Positions 1 through 9,958 of a stretch of 64,000 nucleotides of DNA are shown here, in pieces. The stretch is taken from contig JBNGBT010000012.1 in NCBI GenBank assembly GCA_049903315.1, positions 1 through 64,000 of the forward strand, read 5' to 3'. The position numbers and the translations under genes are program-made. A model generated the notes under the pieces. That model saw nothing but the letters and a program-made list of their open reading frames with translations, ran no database searches and was not told the DNA's origin. The DNA comes from Candidatus Cloacimonadota bacterium. GTDB taxonomy: Bacteria > Cloacimonadota > Cloacimonadia > JGIOTU-2. The number at the start of each line of letters is the position of its first letter. The stretch's first letter is position 1.

Positions 1-2849
1 GACTCCAGCCAATAATAATACGTGCTATTAACTTCTAACTCCTGAATTCTGTCTTCATACACATAACTCTGCTGCTGCGTGGTTGTTCCATGCCCTTCTA
101 TCAAATCTGAGATCACTTCTGAGGTTGAAAATTCATTTTCTTCGTTTCTATAGATGAACCAGCCCATGTTATCTGTCTCAGACTGCGTAGACCAGTGGAT
201 GGTTGGAGTGTTATTAAAATATTGAGCAGTGAAGATGGAGAGCACTACAGGAAGTGTTCCCGATCCACCGCTTGCGACCACGAAATCTGAGAAAGAGGTA
301 AAACCACTTGCTTCAGCTGCGTAAGGACCAGAACCTGCGTGAGTCGCCGATTTTGTTTCCCAGCTCGTTCCCGAACCAAGATAACGTCCAATTACAAGCT
401 GGTCTTCAATATCAAAACTACTACCTGTCTCTCCACCGTTCCATTGGAGCATTAGTGCCACATTAGAACCACCTGCGGCATCTTCAGAAATTGTCCATGT
501 TCGATTTACAACACGTGTCGCATCGCTGATATTACCTGGTGTTCCATCTACAACTTTTACCGAGAAATTATCTATAGTTCCAGAGTTATTGATGAAGACT
601 GGATTATACGCAGCATTCCCAATAGGGAATGCCGTAGAACCCGATCCCACACTATTTCTTTTAAGCACCCCTGTACTATTTGTAACAATATAACTGTCAG
701 AATCATAATTTGTAACAGAACCTGATGATCCGATAGTGAGGGTATTGCTGCCAAGAGTGATCTTTGAATCATTATTCAGATCCAAGGTATTATTCACCGT
801 GTTTGAATTCCCGAGTACGACTCCACTCGTATTGGCAACTGTACAATCATGGAACGTTGTTGAATGATCACCCTGGATGGTTTGAGCTGATAATCCGTCA
901 AAGGTTACTTTATGGTTATTGTGAGTAAATGTTCCGTCATTATCCCAGTTACCACTGACTGTTATATCACCACTTAATTCAAGCGTGCCTTCAGATGCAA
1001 TACTGACATTTGTATAATCTGACTTACTGTAAAAAACTCCATCGGTAACAGTTAGAGTGTTATCGACCTGAAGCGATGTAGTCCACCACGCATTTACTTT
1101 TTTATCGGATGAAGAATTATTTATTGTAAGATTATAGAAATCCAAACTTCCCACAAGATATTGAGCACCAGATCCCGCGCAGGTAACTGCCTGGTTGTTA
1201 TGAACAAGATTTCCAAGTTCAAACAAATTTCCGTCGATAGTAAGACCGTTATTGAGGGTCAGTGTTTCGAGCAATCCTATAACAAGTGTCTTCGCTGATG
1301 AACTGCTCCCCACAGTGGGTGCATGGCCAAGCGTCCATTTGAACAAACCAACGTTTTCTGAATTGTCTGGTACTCCTCTGCTCCAGTTTTTTGCTTCACT
1401 CCATGCAGTGTCATACCACCCGATCCATGTATCGAATGCAGTACATTCCACCCAATCTGAAGTTGCATCCATATTGTTGAGTGTTCCGTTGTTCTCATTT
1501 GAAGTGATATCATATAATGTGGTTTGTCCATCTGTGCTGAGTTGATCAAATCGGTAATATGCAACAAGGTTATCCTCATCACCATCGAGGGTACGGCACA
1601 TGTTATTCTGAATTTCTTCTTCCGTTCTTACATCATCCCAGATGCGAACTTCATCTATTTTACCATTGAAATGATGGTCCGGGTATGGACCTGACAGATC
1701 ATTATCTAATCTTGCTGCAATATAAACAGGCATAGTAGCTATACTATAAATATTACCGCTTGGATCAGTATTATCATCCATGAGTATTCCATTCACATAG
1801 ATTTTAACAGTTTGTCCGTCATAGGTGCCAGCAAGGTGTGTCCAATCGGTTGTTACCGACACACCACTGTCTGTCCAATAATCAGTACCTCCTACATTTA
1901 CTCCAAATTGATACGTATCCGAATTATCATCTGTTTGAAGAGACCATTGGAAATAGGTAGTGGCGGATTCTCCGTCACTTCTTTTAGATACTATATGCTG
2001 CCACCCATCGGTTACGTCAGATTTAATCCATGTTTCAACCGTTAAATGATTTGTTTCAAAACTTGCAGGAGTTCCCAAGCTTACATAATCATCACCCCCA
2101 TCAAAATCAAGACACATGCGAGGACCAAACATGGAGCCAGAAGTTCGCCAGGTAGCAGAAGTATAATCTCCACCACCCGATCCATTCCATGTTCCATCAT
2201 TACTTTCAGAACTTTGAGAATCCTCAACTGTTGGACCTGAAGTTTCATTCATTTTGTAGTAAACTAACAAATTACTTTCATTTCCTACAAGCTCTTTATA
2301 CATATTTGATCTTATTTCTGCTTCAGTTCTGGCATCATCCCAGATTCTGAATTCATCAATTTTTCCATTAAAATATTGACCATTAGTAGCTCTGGTTCCA
2401 ATTTTTTTTACATATACATTATTGTGTATATTTCCAGAACTAATAGTATTTGATGCCTCTAATACTCCATTAATATATACTTTCATTGTAGCACCATCAT
2501 AAGTACCTGCTACATGGTACCATTTTCCGACACTGATCGTTGTTGAGCTTGTAATACCCGGCTGAGAACCGCCATCTTTTGAAATTCCCCAGCCAACAAT
2601 ATCACCGGGATCAATCGAAAAATTAACAGCACGATTACTTTCTTCATTATCATACCAATCACTGAAAATATGTTCAAACGTACCGCTATCGCTTTCTCTG
2701 TAAATCCATGCCTCAACAGTAATATTATTGTACGTAATATCAGGAACTGACACATAATCATCTGTTCCATCAAAATCAAGACAATTGTTTTGGGCGAACA
2801 GAGTTGTGGTGAATAGAATAATAAAAATAATACATAATAAGTTTTTCAT
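1..2849 (-). CDS. Secreted protein with two tandem LamG/concanavalin-like domains; partial, runs off the left end
   Basis: Missing from the ORF track; translated by hand. ATG at 2849 with GAGGAG RBS, signal peptide MKNLLCIIFIILFTTTLFA, frame open to position 1. Two repeats of CLDFDGxDDYV...HxAGTYDG...FNGKIDExRIWD. Later LPVVLSIFTAQY...WSTQSETDNMGW motif typical of sorting-domain cargo proteins. Confidence 0.85.
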   Translation of the reverse strand, partial: MKNLLCIIFIILFTTTLFAQNNCLDFDGTDDYVSVPDITYNNITVEAWIYRESDSGTFEHIFSDWYDNEESNRAVNFSIDPGDIVGWGISKDGGSQPGITSSTTISVGKWYHVAGTYDGATMKVYINGVLEASNTISSGNIHNNVYVKKIGTRATNGQYFNGKIDEFRIWDDARTEAEIRSNMYKELVGNESNLLVYYKMNETSGPTVEDSQSSESNDGTWNGSGGGDYTSATWRTSGSMFGPRMCLDFDGGDDYVSLGTPASFETNHLTVETWIKSDVTDGWQHIVSKRSDGESATTYFQWSLQTDDNSDTYQFGVNVGGTDYWTDSGVSVTTDWTHLAGTYDGQTVKIYVNGILMDDNTDPSGNIYSIATMPVYIAARLDNDLSGPYPDHHFNGKIDEVRIWDDVRTEEEIQNNMCRTLDGDEDNLVAYYRFDQLSTDGQTTLYDITSNENNGTLNNMDATSDWVECTAFDTWIGWYDTAWSEAKNWSRGVPDNSENVGLFKWTLGHAPTVGSSSSAKTLVIGLLETLTLNNGLTIDGNLFELGNLVHNNQAVTCAGSGAQYLVGSLDFYNLTINNSSSDKKVNAWWTTSLQVDNTLTVTDGVFYSKSDYTNVSIASEGTLELSGDITVSGNWDNDGTFTHNNHKVTFDGLSAQTIQGDHSTTFHDCTVANTSGVVLGNSNTVNNTLDLNNDSKITLGSNTLTIGSSGSVTNYDSDSYIVTNSTGVLKRNSVGSGSTAFPIGNAAYNPVFINNSGTIDNFSVKVVDGTPGNISDATRVVNRTWTISEDAAGGSNVALMLQWNGGETGSSFDIEDQLVIGRYLGSGTSWETKSATHAGSGPYAAEASGFTSFSDFVVASGGSGTLPVVLSIFTAQYFNNTPTIHWSTQSETDNMGWFIYRNEENEFSTSEVISDLIEGHGTTTQQQSYVYEDRIQELEVNSTYYYWLE

Positions 2850-3063
2850 ATCTGCTCCTCTAAGTTAATTTTCTTATTTTAAGTGCAAAATAACAGATTA
2901 GAACATCAGTTTCAAAATTCCAAATCACATGAATATTCGATCGAGTTGTTTTTTATGGATTGATTTGGGAAAACTTTGTCAAGAAAAAGGGGTATATGAC
3001 AAGTGGATATAAATAAAGGGCTGAAAATTCTCAACTCCTACAAAAATTACAAATATCTATATT

Positions 3064-4293
3064 TTAAAAAACAAAATCAAATCCAAAGCTCAGAGAATTC
3101 ACATTTTCTGTCTTTTTTCCAAATATAATATCATTTCTCCACGTGACAAAGGGCTTAATTGGGATATGATTATCCGGCTCCCATCCAAGGTTTGAAGTAA
3201 TTCCGATAAGTGCCTCGTTATCTTCTCCATAATCCAAATACCCGATGGTACCGATCGATGAATTCAACCAACCGAACAAGACTTGCTCAAGAACTATGCC
3301 GACCGAGACGAATTTATCCTCTTTGCTTTGGAAATAAGTCACATCCAGTCCATACCTCTGATTCGCGCCGGAATTCAGCAATAAACGAAATCCTGCATGG
3401 AATATTCCATCGCTCCCAATGAGTCCATAACCTGCTTCAGGGCGGATCATGAAATTTTTTGATATCGGAATGTAACTGATAGACTTCGCAGCATCCAAAT
3501 CAGAAAGGTAATACCCATGAGCACCAATGTAGAGCTGATCCTTTAAGCTAAAAACTACGGGCTGTTCATTCTTGTAGGAGATATAAATATACTGGTCATT
3601 AAGGTCATACACATTTGACCAAACTGTATTAGTTTGTGAGACTTCCTGTAAGAGGTGCCAGACCAGTTCTTGTGATGGTTTTTCATTAGAAAGGGTTTCT
3701 TCTAAGATCGTATATCTTTGCCCGGGATTTTTACCACCAAATGTGATTGCCGGATCACTCACATAAAAATTGGTCATCAGCTGATAATTTTTCTCATTTC
3801 TCGTAACCACGACTTTACCGTTTACCAGCTCAACTATAGCGGAATTGCCCATCTTATCGACGATCATATAATGAATGAGTGGATAGCCAAGATGTGTCCC
3901 AAACATGATTGAATATTTGTGAAAAAATGGAATTGCCTGTTCCACTGTGCCTGCTTCCTGCAATACGATTGTAACCAGTTCACAACTCACCCGTATTGGC
4001 TTCAGTATTGAAAAAGGAGTTTTGGTTTTGGGAACTGCAGCAATCGCTACGAACAACCCTTGGTCATTCATTCCTTCATAAGGGTAATCAAAACCCTCCT
4101 GCTCGATGATAAGAAATCCATGATCCTGGGCTTGTGCAGGAATGAACCAGATAGTTCCACCTTCCATATTCCAATCAAAATTCCTCCCGCAGCGAACGTT
4201 ACCTACCTCATCAGTGACCTGAAAAATGGAACATGCGTAAATTTGTATTGAAAAAGATAGGAAAAATATCACACAAATAATTAATGTTTTCAT
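3064..4293 (-). CDS. Ntn (choloylglycine hydrolase/linear amide C-N hydrolase-like) enzyme with C-terminal outer-membrane beta-barrel
   Basis: Signal peptide ending IYA|CS (N-terminal nucleophile Cys); GRNFDW, YEGMNDQGL and TNF motifs; last ~130 aa alternate hydrophobic/polar and end FGFDFVF. Start set at ATG 4293 (GAGG upstream); track start is 4305. Confidence 0.7.
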   Translation of the reverse strand: MKTLIICVIFFLSFSIQIYACSIFQVTDEVGNVRCGRNFDWNMEGGTIWFIPAQAQDHGFLIIEQEGFDYPYEGMNDQGLFVAIAAVPKTKTPFSILKPIRVSCELVTIVLQEAGTVEQAIPFFHKYSIMFGTHLGYPLIHYMIVDKMGNSAIVELVNGKVVVTRNEKNYQLMTNFYVSDPAITFGGKNPGQRYTILEETLSNEKPSQELVWHLLQEVSQTNTVWSNVYDLNDQYIYISYKNEQPVVFSLKDQLYIGAHGYYLSDLDAAKSISYIPISKNFMIRPEAGYGLIGSDGIFHAGFRLLLNSGANQRYGLDVTYFQSKEDKFVSVGIVLEQVLFGWLNSSIGTIGYLDYGEDNEALIGITSNLGWEPDNHIPIKPFVTWRNDIIFGKKTENVNSLSFGFDFVF

Positions 4294-4325
4294 TTTATTC
4301 CTCATACTTTTTTTTTTAATATTTT

Positions 4326-4507
4326 AACCACGAGCACTAAACGCACGAAAATTGTACTAAAAAAATAATTATATTATGATGCATTTTATTTATTCGTATT
4401 TCAAGGTTCATATCTATTTTCTAGTACTGATAAAATTGCTTCAATGAGTGGGCACTTTTTTTGGGGGGGGGAAAATATTTTTTGTGTCTTTCGTGTATTT
4501 CGTGGTT
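4326..4507. repeat. Inverted pair of ACCACGA...CACGAAA-type intergenic repeats
   Basis: aaccacgagcactaaacgcacgaaaa (4326-4351) and tttgtgtctttcgtgtatttcgtggtt (4481-4507); same family at 38097-38240 and 51328-51347. Confidence 0.6.
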
Positions 4508-4536
4508 CATGATCTCTACTTTTCTTTAAAAAAATT

Positions 4537-4938
4537 TTACCATTTTTCTCTATTCTTGTACATCCAGCTTGTGACATTGCCGTGTGTACACCACTTTATC
4601 GCTTTGTATATTTCAAAACATATTTGTGATTTTGCCTGATCGTTTTCGCAGGTGTACTCTTCCTGCAAATTTTCTAAAAATAAAATGGCATTCTTGTCTG
4701 CAAGCTGCCCTAACGCCCACACAGCATGTATTTTTTCTTTTCCAGTATGCTCCTCAGACTGTATATACAACATTAATGATTGGACACAATCCTTCCCGAA
4801 CTCCTGCTTTGCTTCCACGCACACATTCTTTACACCAGTATAGATCGCATGAAAGGAAAAAATTACTGATAAAATTATAAAAAATATTGCAATTATGAGG
4901 ACATATAAAATATATGTTTTCAGTTTTTTTGTGTTCAT
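4537..4938 (-). CDS. Small membrane-anchored HEAT-repeat protein
   Basis: N-terminal TM helix; AVWALGQLADKNA HEAT-like motif. Confidence 0.6.
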   Translation of the reverse strand: MNTKKLKTYILYVLIIAIFFIILSVIFSFHAIYTGVKNVCVEAKQEFGKDCVQSLMLYIQSEEHTGKEKIHAVWALGQLADKNAILFLENLQEEYTCENDQAKSQICFEIYKAIKWCTHGNVTSWMYKNREKW

Positions 4939-4946
4939 AAATTACA

Positions 4947-5369
4947 CTAAATTGTCAGAACTACAATTCCACTGATGGTAAGAAGGATCCCGACTCCCGT
5001 TTTTAATGTCAGAGGTTCACCTGCAAAAATAATACCCATCAAAGCACCAAACAATGGTGAAGTAAATGCAATAGGCATCACCTGATCGAGATTTCCACCT
5101 TTGAGGGCATGATAAAAACACAGCATACCGACAGAACCGGCAACGATGCCACCGCCAATTATCATATACGCCAATGCCTTTGTTCCGGCTTGAGGAATTG
5201 TTTTCCAATACGGCATACTCACAACGCCAAGTATTATCAGTGCGACAAAAGTGCGGATAGTTATTCCCATTTGGGGTGCGAGATTCCCCATATGCAATCC
5301 CTTTTTCTCGAAATAACCTCCCACTCCCCAGGCAATTGCAGTGACAAGTGCAAAGAGCTGTGGTTTCAT
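4947..5369 (-). CDS. EamA/DMT family small transporter
   Basis: Hydrophobic helices; AIAWG and SPLFGALMGIIFAGEPLT motifs; GGAGG RBS supports ATG at 5369. Confidence 0.8.
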   Translation of the reverse strand: MKPQLFALVTAIAWGVGGYFEKKGLHMGNLAPQMGITIRTFVALIILGVVSMPYWKTIPQAGTKALAYMIIGGGIVAGSVGMLCFYHALKGGNLDQVMPIAFTSPLFGALMGIIFAGEPLTLKTGVGILLTISGIVVLTI

Positions 5370-5399
5370 CGGCACCACCTCCAAGAAAGCTGAATATTT

Positions 5400-6047
5400 C
5401 TAATCTCTATAGCGAGATAATAAAATTTTATGAATTATTGGTATGCTCAAGTATGGAATTGAAGAATATGAAGGACTGATAAAAGCCACGAGCAAGCAGA
5501 CCATGGCAACAAGAGGTGTTACCCATGCTTTACAGCTGATATATCTCACAAAGTTCTCAGTGACATCATCCTTTAACAAACGTCCGTCTTTCGATGCATA
5601 TTTCCAACTTATGAGAAACGTCATGCTAATGAGGAACATATTCAAATGAAAAGGCATTTGACTCAGCCAATAAATCGGCAGTTCTCCGGCAAGGTCAGAG
5701 GTGAAGGGCAGCAACGCGGTAAACATGAGAAAGATGATATTTAACCAAAGGTGTGTCGGATTGGTTGCCTTTAAATGAGAAAATTGCGAGTGATGTGCAG
5801 TCCAGAACTTTGCAAGGATCATAAAGCTCAAGAAGTAGACATAGAGTGAATGCCATTGAGTATGCAGGAATATTTTTATTTGTTCCTGATTAAGCAATTC
5901 CACTTTTTGTGGCAGATCAAGTGAGAGTACCAGAAGTGTCATGACAATGGCAAAGATCCCGTCCGTAAGCGCTTCGATCCTGTTGAGGGTCAGCCAGCGA
6001 TGATGTTTGGCGTCAATTGCGCTTATCTTATTTTTAGTTTCTGGCAT
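5400..6047 (-). CDS. TMEM175-family (DUF1211) potassium channel
   Basis: RIEALTDGIFAIVMTLLVL signature, FWxxHH, LLPFTS. Confidence 0.85.
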   Translation of the reverse strand: MPETKNKISAIDAKHHRWLTLNRIEALTDGIFAIVMTLLVLSLDLPQKVELLNQEQIKIFLHTQWHSLYVYFLSFMILAKFWTAHHSQFSHLKATNPTHLWLNIIFLMFTALLPFTSDLAGELPIYWLSQMPFHLNMFLISMTFLISWKYASKDGRLLKDDVTENFVRYISCKAWVTPLVAMVCLLVAFISPSYSSIPYLSIPIIHKILLSRYRD

Positions 6048-6052
6048 AGTGC

Positions 6053-6478
6053 TTACTGCTTGGTTGCTGTATATGTTCCTGACAATGGTGGATCATCTGT
6101 AAATGTGACATTAAATGTGCCGGTTAATGATGTCTCACTCTGGAAGCTCCCATCAATAGTAACAGTATATAAATCAGTATCGGTATAAGAAAAACTGTCA
6201 TTAATGACTTCGGTGAGTCCACTAGTGCTGGAGCTAACATAATCGATGCTATCAAATTTTGCTGCTGCAATGAGTTCTATATAGGTTATCTTCTGTTTGT
6301 TACTTACATTTGCCACACGTATTTCGACAGGATAGCCATAACTATTCTGACCGGTCCAGGTTCCAAGATATTTAAAATCCGGTGAAGGACCGCTTGATTT
6401 TGAGCAGAAAGAAAAAGTTAATGCGATGAGTACTATCATTGCTAAAATCACACACGTTTTTTTCATTGTTACATCCAT
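6053..6478 (-). CDS. Hypothetical lipoprotein
   Basis: Signal peptide with FSFC lipobox-like Cys; beta-rich Ser/Thr body; tight operon spacing. Confidence 0.6.
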   Translation of the reverse strand: MDVTMKKTCVILAMIVLIALTFSFCSKSSGPSPDFKYLGTWTGQNSYGYPVEIRVANVSNKQKITYIELIAAAKFDSIDYVSSSTSGLTEVINDSFSYTDTDLYTVTIDGSFQSETSLTGTFNVTFTDDPPLSGTYTATKQ

Positions 6479-6484
6479 TCATTT

Positions 6485-7081
6485 TTAAGAATATGTTCCA
6501 AAATATTCTTTATTGGTTTTTATTGAAAATTCGACTTCATTCCTGTCAACATCCTTGAATAATTCCCGAATTTCTTCAAAAGGCATACCATGTGATAGCT
6601 TGATTGGTTCCCGTATATAGATTTTACCTCCATGTTTGAGAATCCTGGAGAGTTCCTTTACAATATGGGCTCGTTTTTTAGGATGAATATCATGCAGTAC
6701 GTGATGGATGAGAATTACATCAAAGGAGTTTTCAGGAATGTCAGTGTTATCTATATAGGTATTGATAAAGGTTACATTGTTGAATTTTGCCATCCTTTTC
6801 CTCAGCCTTTTTATCCAGCATGTTGACGGTTCAAGGCATGTGAGATGACCTTCAGGAATCCTTTCTGCTAATAACTTTGATGCATTGCCGCCGCCGCTTC
6901 CAAAGTCCAAGATTTTTTCTGTTCCGGCAAGTGGGATGGATTGAATATATTTATTGTAAAAACCTGCTCCTCCGAGAAAATAAACAAGCGAGTCACTCAG
7001 TTTGAATAGAAATGATGGTTTATCAAAATCAATTTCATGAAATTCATTGTATTCATTCATTGTAGATATCCTATTCTTCAA
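6485..7081 (-). CDS. Class I SAM-dependent methyltransferase
   Basis: ILDFGSGGG motif I; FDVILIHHVLHD; ILKHGG. Confidence 0.85.
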   Translation of the reverse strand: MKNRISTMNEYNEFHEIDFDKPSFLFKLSDSLVYFLGGAGFYNKYIQSIPLAGTEKILDFGSGGGNASKLLAERIPEGHLTCLEPSTCWIKRLRKRMAKFNNVTFINTYIDNTDIPENSFDVILIHHVLHDIHPKKRAHIVKELSRILKHGGKIYIREPIKLSHGMPFEEIRELFKDVDRNEVEFSIKTNKEYFGTYS

Positions 7082-7649
7082 TGATTTTCTTTAATAGCCA
7101 TGCCATATTTTTCCCGAGATTCTGCATTGTTCGAATCCCTTCTTCATCACCAGAAATAGTGCCCGAGCGACCGGATACTCCGAGATTCCAATAGCTGGAT
7201 CCGGGAATGATCATTTGGGAGATCAAAAAGAAGTGATTAATTGAGTCAAAGACGTGGATCGCTCCAGCGCGGCGGACTGCCACAACTGCAGCACCAAGTT
7301 TTCTTTTGTAAAGCCCATCATTGGCAAATCCCACGAATCCTGCCCTGTCAATAAGTGCTTTTACTTCCGGGGTCAGGTCGGAAAAATAGGTAGGCGATCC
7401 TATCAAAATGCCATCTGCTTCGATCATTTTCTCGATACAAGAATTTACAATATCTCCGGTTTGAATACATTTTTTATCTTTATTCTGAAAACATTTCATA
7501 CAGGCAAGGCATCCATGAATTTGCTTTCCTCCAATATGAATTATCTCAGTTTGTATGCCTTCTCCTTCTAAAACATCACAGGCAATTTTGAGCAGGGAAT
7601 AGGTATTTCCCTCTTTATGAGGACTTCCATTAAAAGCGATAACCTTCAT
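7071..7649 (-). CDS. Iron-sulfur flavoprotein / NADPH-dependent FMN reductase family
   Basis: NGSPHKEGNT, CLACMKC...C cluster motif, GSPTYF, KALIDR. Confidence 0.9.
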   Translation of the reverse strand: MKVIAFNGSPHKEGNTYSLLKIACDVLEGEGIQTEIIHIGGKQIHGCLACMKCFQNKDKKCIQTGDIVNSCIEKMIEADGILIGSPTYFSDLTPEVKALIDRAGFVGFANDGLYKRKLGAAVVAVRRAGAIHVFDSINHFFLISQMIIPGSSYWNLGVSGRSGTISGDEEGIRTMQNLGKNMAWLLKKIIEE

Positions 7650-7662
7650 ATTATTCCTTTCA

Positions 7663-8781
7663 TTATTTAATTAAAGATTTTATGACTCCGATAGTTTTTT
7701 CGACATCTTCTTCGTTATTATAGAGGTGGAAAGAAAATCTTAAATTTCCTTCACGACTGGAACAGAGAATCTTTTTTTCCTGCATTATAGAATAAGCTCG
7801 GGCTGCATCCGGCACGTGCACAGATATGATTGGAGATCTCCTTTTCCCACCTGCACTTATGACCCTCAATCCCAGAGATGTACATTCATCTACAAAGGTA
7901 TTTGCCAGTCCAAGTGCATGCTCCTGAATACGCATAATACCAATTTCCGCAAGTAATGAAAGGGATGCATGCATGGCAAAAAGTGCCTGATAAGGATAGC
8001 TGCCTATCTCGAATCGTGATGCATCCTTTGGTTCAGGGATATCATACTGCCGGACATTCGTAAAATCAAGAGTATCCAGAAATCTATTCAGCCAGCCCTG
8101 AAAAATGCTCCTGATCGGCGCATCCTTCCGAATATACAAAATGCCTGTGCCCGTGGGTGAAAGAAGCCATTTTTGTGCGCCTGCACAAAAGGTATCCACT
8201 CCCGATTTTTCGAGATCGGGATACATCACACCTGCACCTTGAATTCCATCTACTGAGAGAAAGGCATTGTGTTTTTTCGCAACCTTAGAGCATTCATCCA
8301 GATCGATCCGATAACCGTCATAAAAGCGTATCCATGAGGGAGCGATCACTTTTGCTCCATCCACATCGAGATACTCCTCCCCATCTTTCTCTGTGATGAT
8401 AACCTTTGCTCCTCGTATCTCCTGCCCCTTCCACGGATAGACGTTTGCTGGAAATTCGCCGGGCGGGAGCACGATCTTATCTCCATGCGTTAAATCCATT
8501 CCCCAGCCAGCCATATTTATGCCGAAAGAGGTATTATTGACAAGAGCAATATCTTCAGGTTGTGCCCCAAGTAACAGACCGGCTTTCTCTTTAATCTTAA
8601 TTATAATTTCAAATGCTTCCGGTTGAGATTGCAGTGTATCTCCCCTATAAAAGTTCATATAGCGATCCTGTTCTGCGATCGCTGTTTCAGGTATCACGCC
8701 TGTGGAGGCAGTGTTCAGATACGTGCAGGTTTTGAAGATCGGAAACAATTCGGTGCGTTCTTTATTGGTGAGTAATGCCAT
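7663..8781 (-). CDS. Class V PLP-dependent enzyme (NifS/selenocysteine lyase-like fold)
   Basis: YLNTASTG, VDGIQGAG, QKWLLSPTGTG (PLP Lys), LRFSFHLYN; lacks the SufS RxGHHC loop. Confidence 0.8.
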   Translation of the reverse strand: MALLTNKERTELFPIFKTCTYLNTASTGVIPETAIAEQDRYMNFYRGDTLQSQPEAFEIIIKIKEKAGLLLGAQPEDIALVNNTSFGINMAGWGMDLTHGDKIVLPPGEFPANVYPWKGQEIRGAKVIITEKDGEEYLDVDGAKVIAPSWIRFYDGYRIDLDECSKVAKKHNAFLSVDGIQGAGVMYPDLEKSGVDTFCAGAQKWLLSPTGTGILYIRKDAPIRSIFQGWLNRFLDTLDFTNVRQYDIPEPKDASRFEIGSYPYQALFAMHASLSLLAEIGIMRIQEHALGLANTFVDECTSLGLRVISAGGKRRSPIISVHVPDAARAYSIMQEKKILCSSREGNLRFSFHLYNNEEDVEKTIGVIKSLIK

Positions 8782-9887
8782 TATTCTCCCTGCTCCTCTT
8801 TATCAATATTTATCAAAATATAATTCCTGTTTCCGAGTCCAATTGCATGACCGTAATCAGTCTGCGTGTTGCCACTTATCCCGCAATGATGTTCGAAAGT
8901 ATCATCCAACTCCTGAGCTTTGTTCACCATATCCAGGCACGCCTGATCTATCGCAACCATATCCGCAGAAGCCATTATGCCCAGATCCTGCATGAATGGT
9001 GGCGGTGCCCAGGGAGAGCAGTCACATACACGAGAAATATTTGCGAGTACATTTATGAACACCATATTCAATGAGTCCTGCATGCCCTTTGCATATTCGC
9101 ATAGACGCTCCTGAAACACAGACTGAGAAGTGCTTGACCAGGGAACACCGAATGCTCGGACAGGACATATACCAATACAATCCGCGCATCCGATACATTT
9201 ATCAGCATCAATAACAAGGGGGTTGAGCGTGATTGCATTCCCAGGACAGTTTTCAACACAAAGCCCACATGAGATACATTTTTCCGGTTTTGTGGTCGGT
9301 ACTGAAGATGCGTGCAGAGCCATTTTACCTGGAATCGCTGCCAAGCCCATCGAGACATTTTTTATTGCTCCGCCAAAGCCAGCAGCAGTATGCCCTTTAT
9401 AATGCGAGAGGATGATGATCGAATCATAATCAAATGCACCTGCCGCAGCTTTCACTTCTTTGAAATGTTCCAAATTCACGGGAATATCCTTTGTTCCTTT
9501 CACATCGACAATATCAATAGTCGCAAAACCAAATCCATGATCTTTCGCAAGCTGTATATGGCTATCCGTATAACGACGCTTACTCACATAGAGCACATTA
9601 GTTTCTATGAAAGTCGCATCTGTTTGTTCGACCAGCGATTTCATGATATCCGGTTTGATAAAATTCTTATTCCCATCTTCTCCAAAATGGACTTTTATTG
9701 CGACTTTTCCGTGAACATTATCCTTGATATACTCAAAGATCTTTGCTAATCCTTTATCGGAAATATCTTCAGTAAAATAGACTTTTGCTGGTTCGTTCGG
9801 CGGAGTAATCTGTTGTGCTGCAATGGCAACTACACCTAATAAGATAAGAAGAGTAAAAAAAACTAATCTTACTATGAACTTTTTCAT
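8781..9887 (-). CDS. DUF362 protein with 2x[4Fe-4S] ferredoxin insert and N-terminal signal/TM
   Basis: AIKVHFGE, HYKGH..AGFGGAIKN, CISCGLCVENCP, CIGCADCIGICP, CDC, DMVAIDQAC. Confidence 0.85.
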   Translation of the reverse strand: MKKFIVRLVFFTLLILLGVVAIAAQQITPPNEPAKVYFTEDISDKGLAKIFEYIKDNVHGKVAIKVHFGEDGNKNFIKPDIMKSLVEQTDATFIETNVLYVSKRRYTDSHIQLAKDHGFGFATIDIVDVKGTKDIPVNLEHFKEVKAAAGAFDYDSIIILSHYKGHTAAGFGGAIKNVSMGLAAIPGKMALHASSVPTTKPEKCISCGLCVENCPGNAITLNPLVIDADKCIGCADCIGICPVRAFGVPWSSTSQSVFQERLCEYAKGMQDSLNMVFINVLANISRVCDCSPWAPPPFMQDLGIMASADMVAIDQACLDMVNKAQELDDTFEHHCGISGNTQTDYGHAIGLGNRNYILINIDKEEQGE

Positions 9888-9958
9888 AGTCCATCCTATT
9901 AAGAAGTGTAATCTTTACGTCAATTCATTTTTATTTTTGATTTGAACTAATGCAATGA

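Noticed and set aside
572..2779. Short track ORFs at 572, 1252, 1277, 1812, 2046 and 2510
   Set aside because: They are alternative-frame or antisense shadows of the long minus-strand LamG gene (1-2849).
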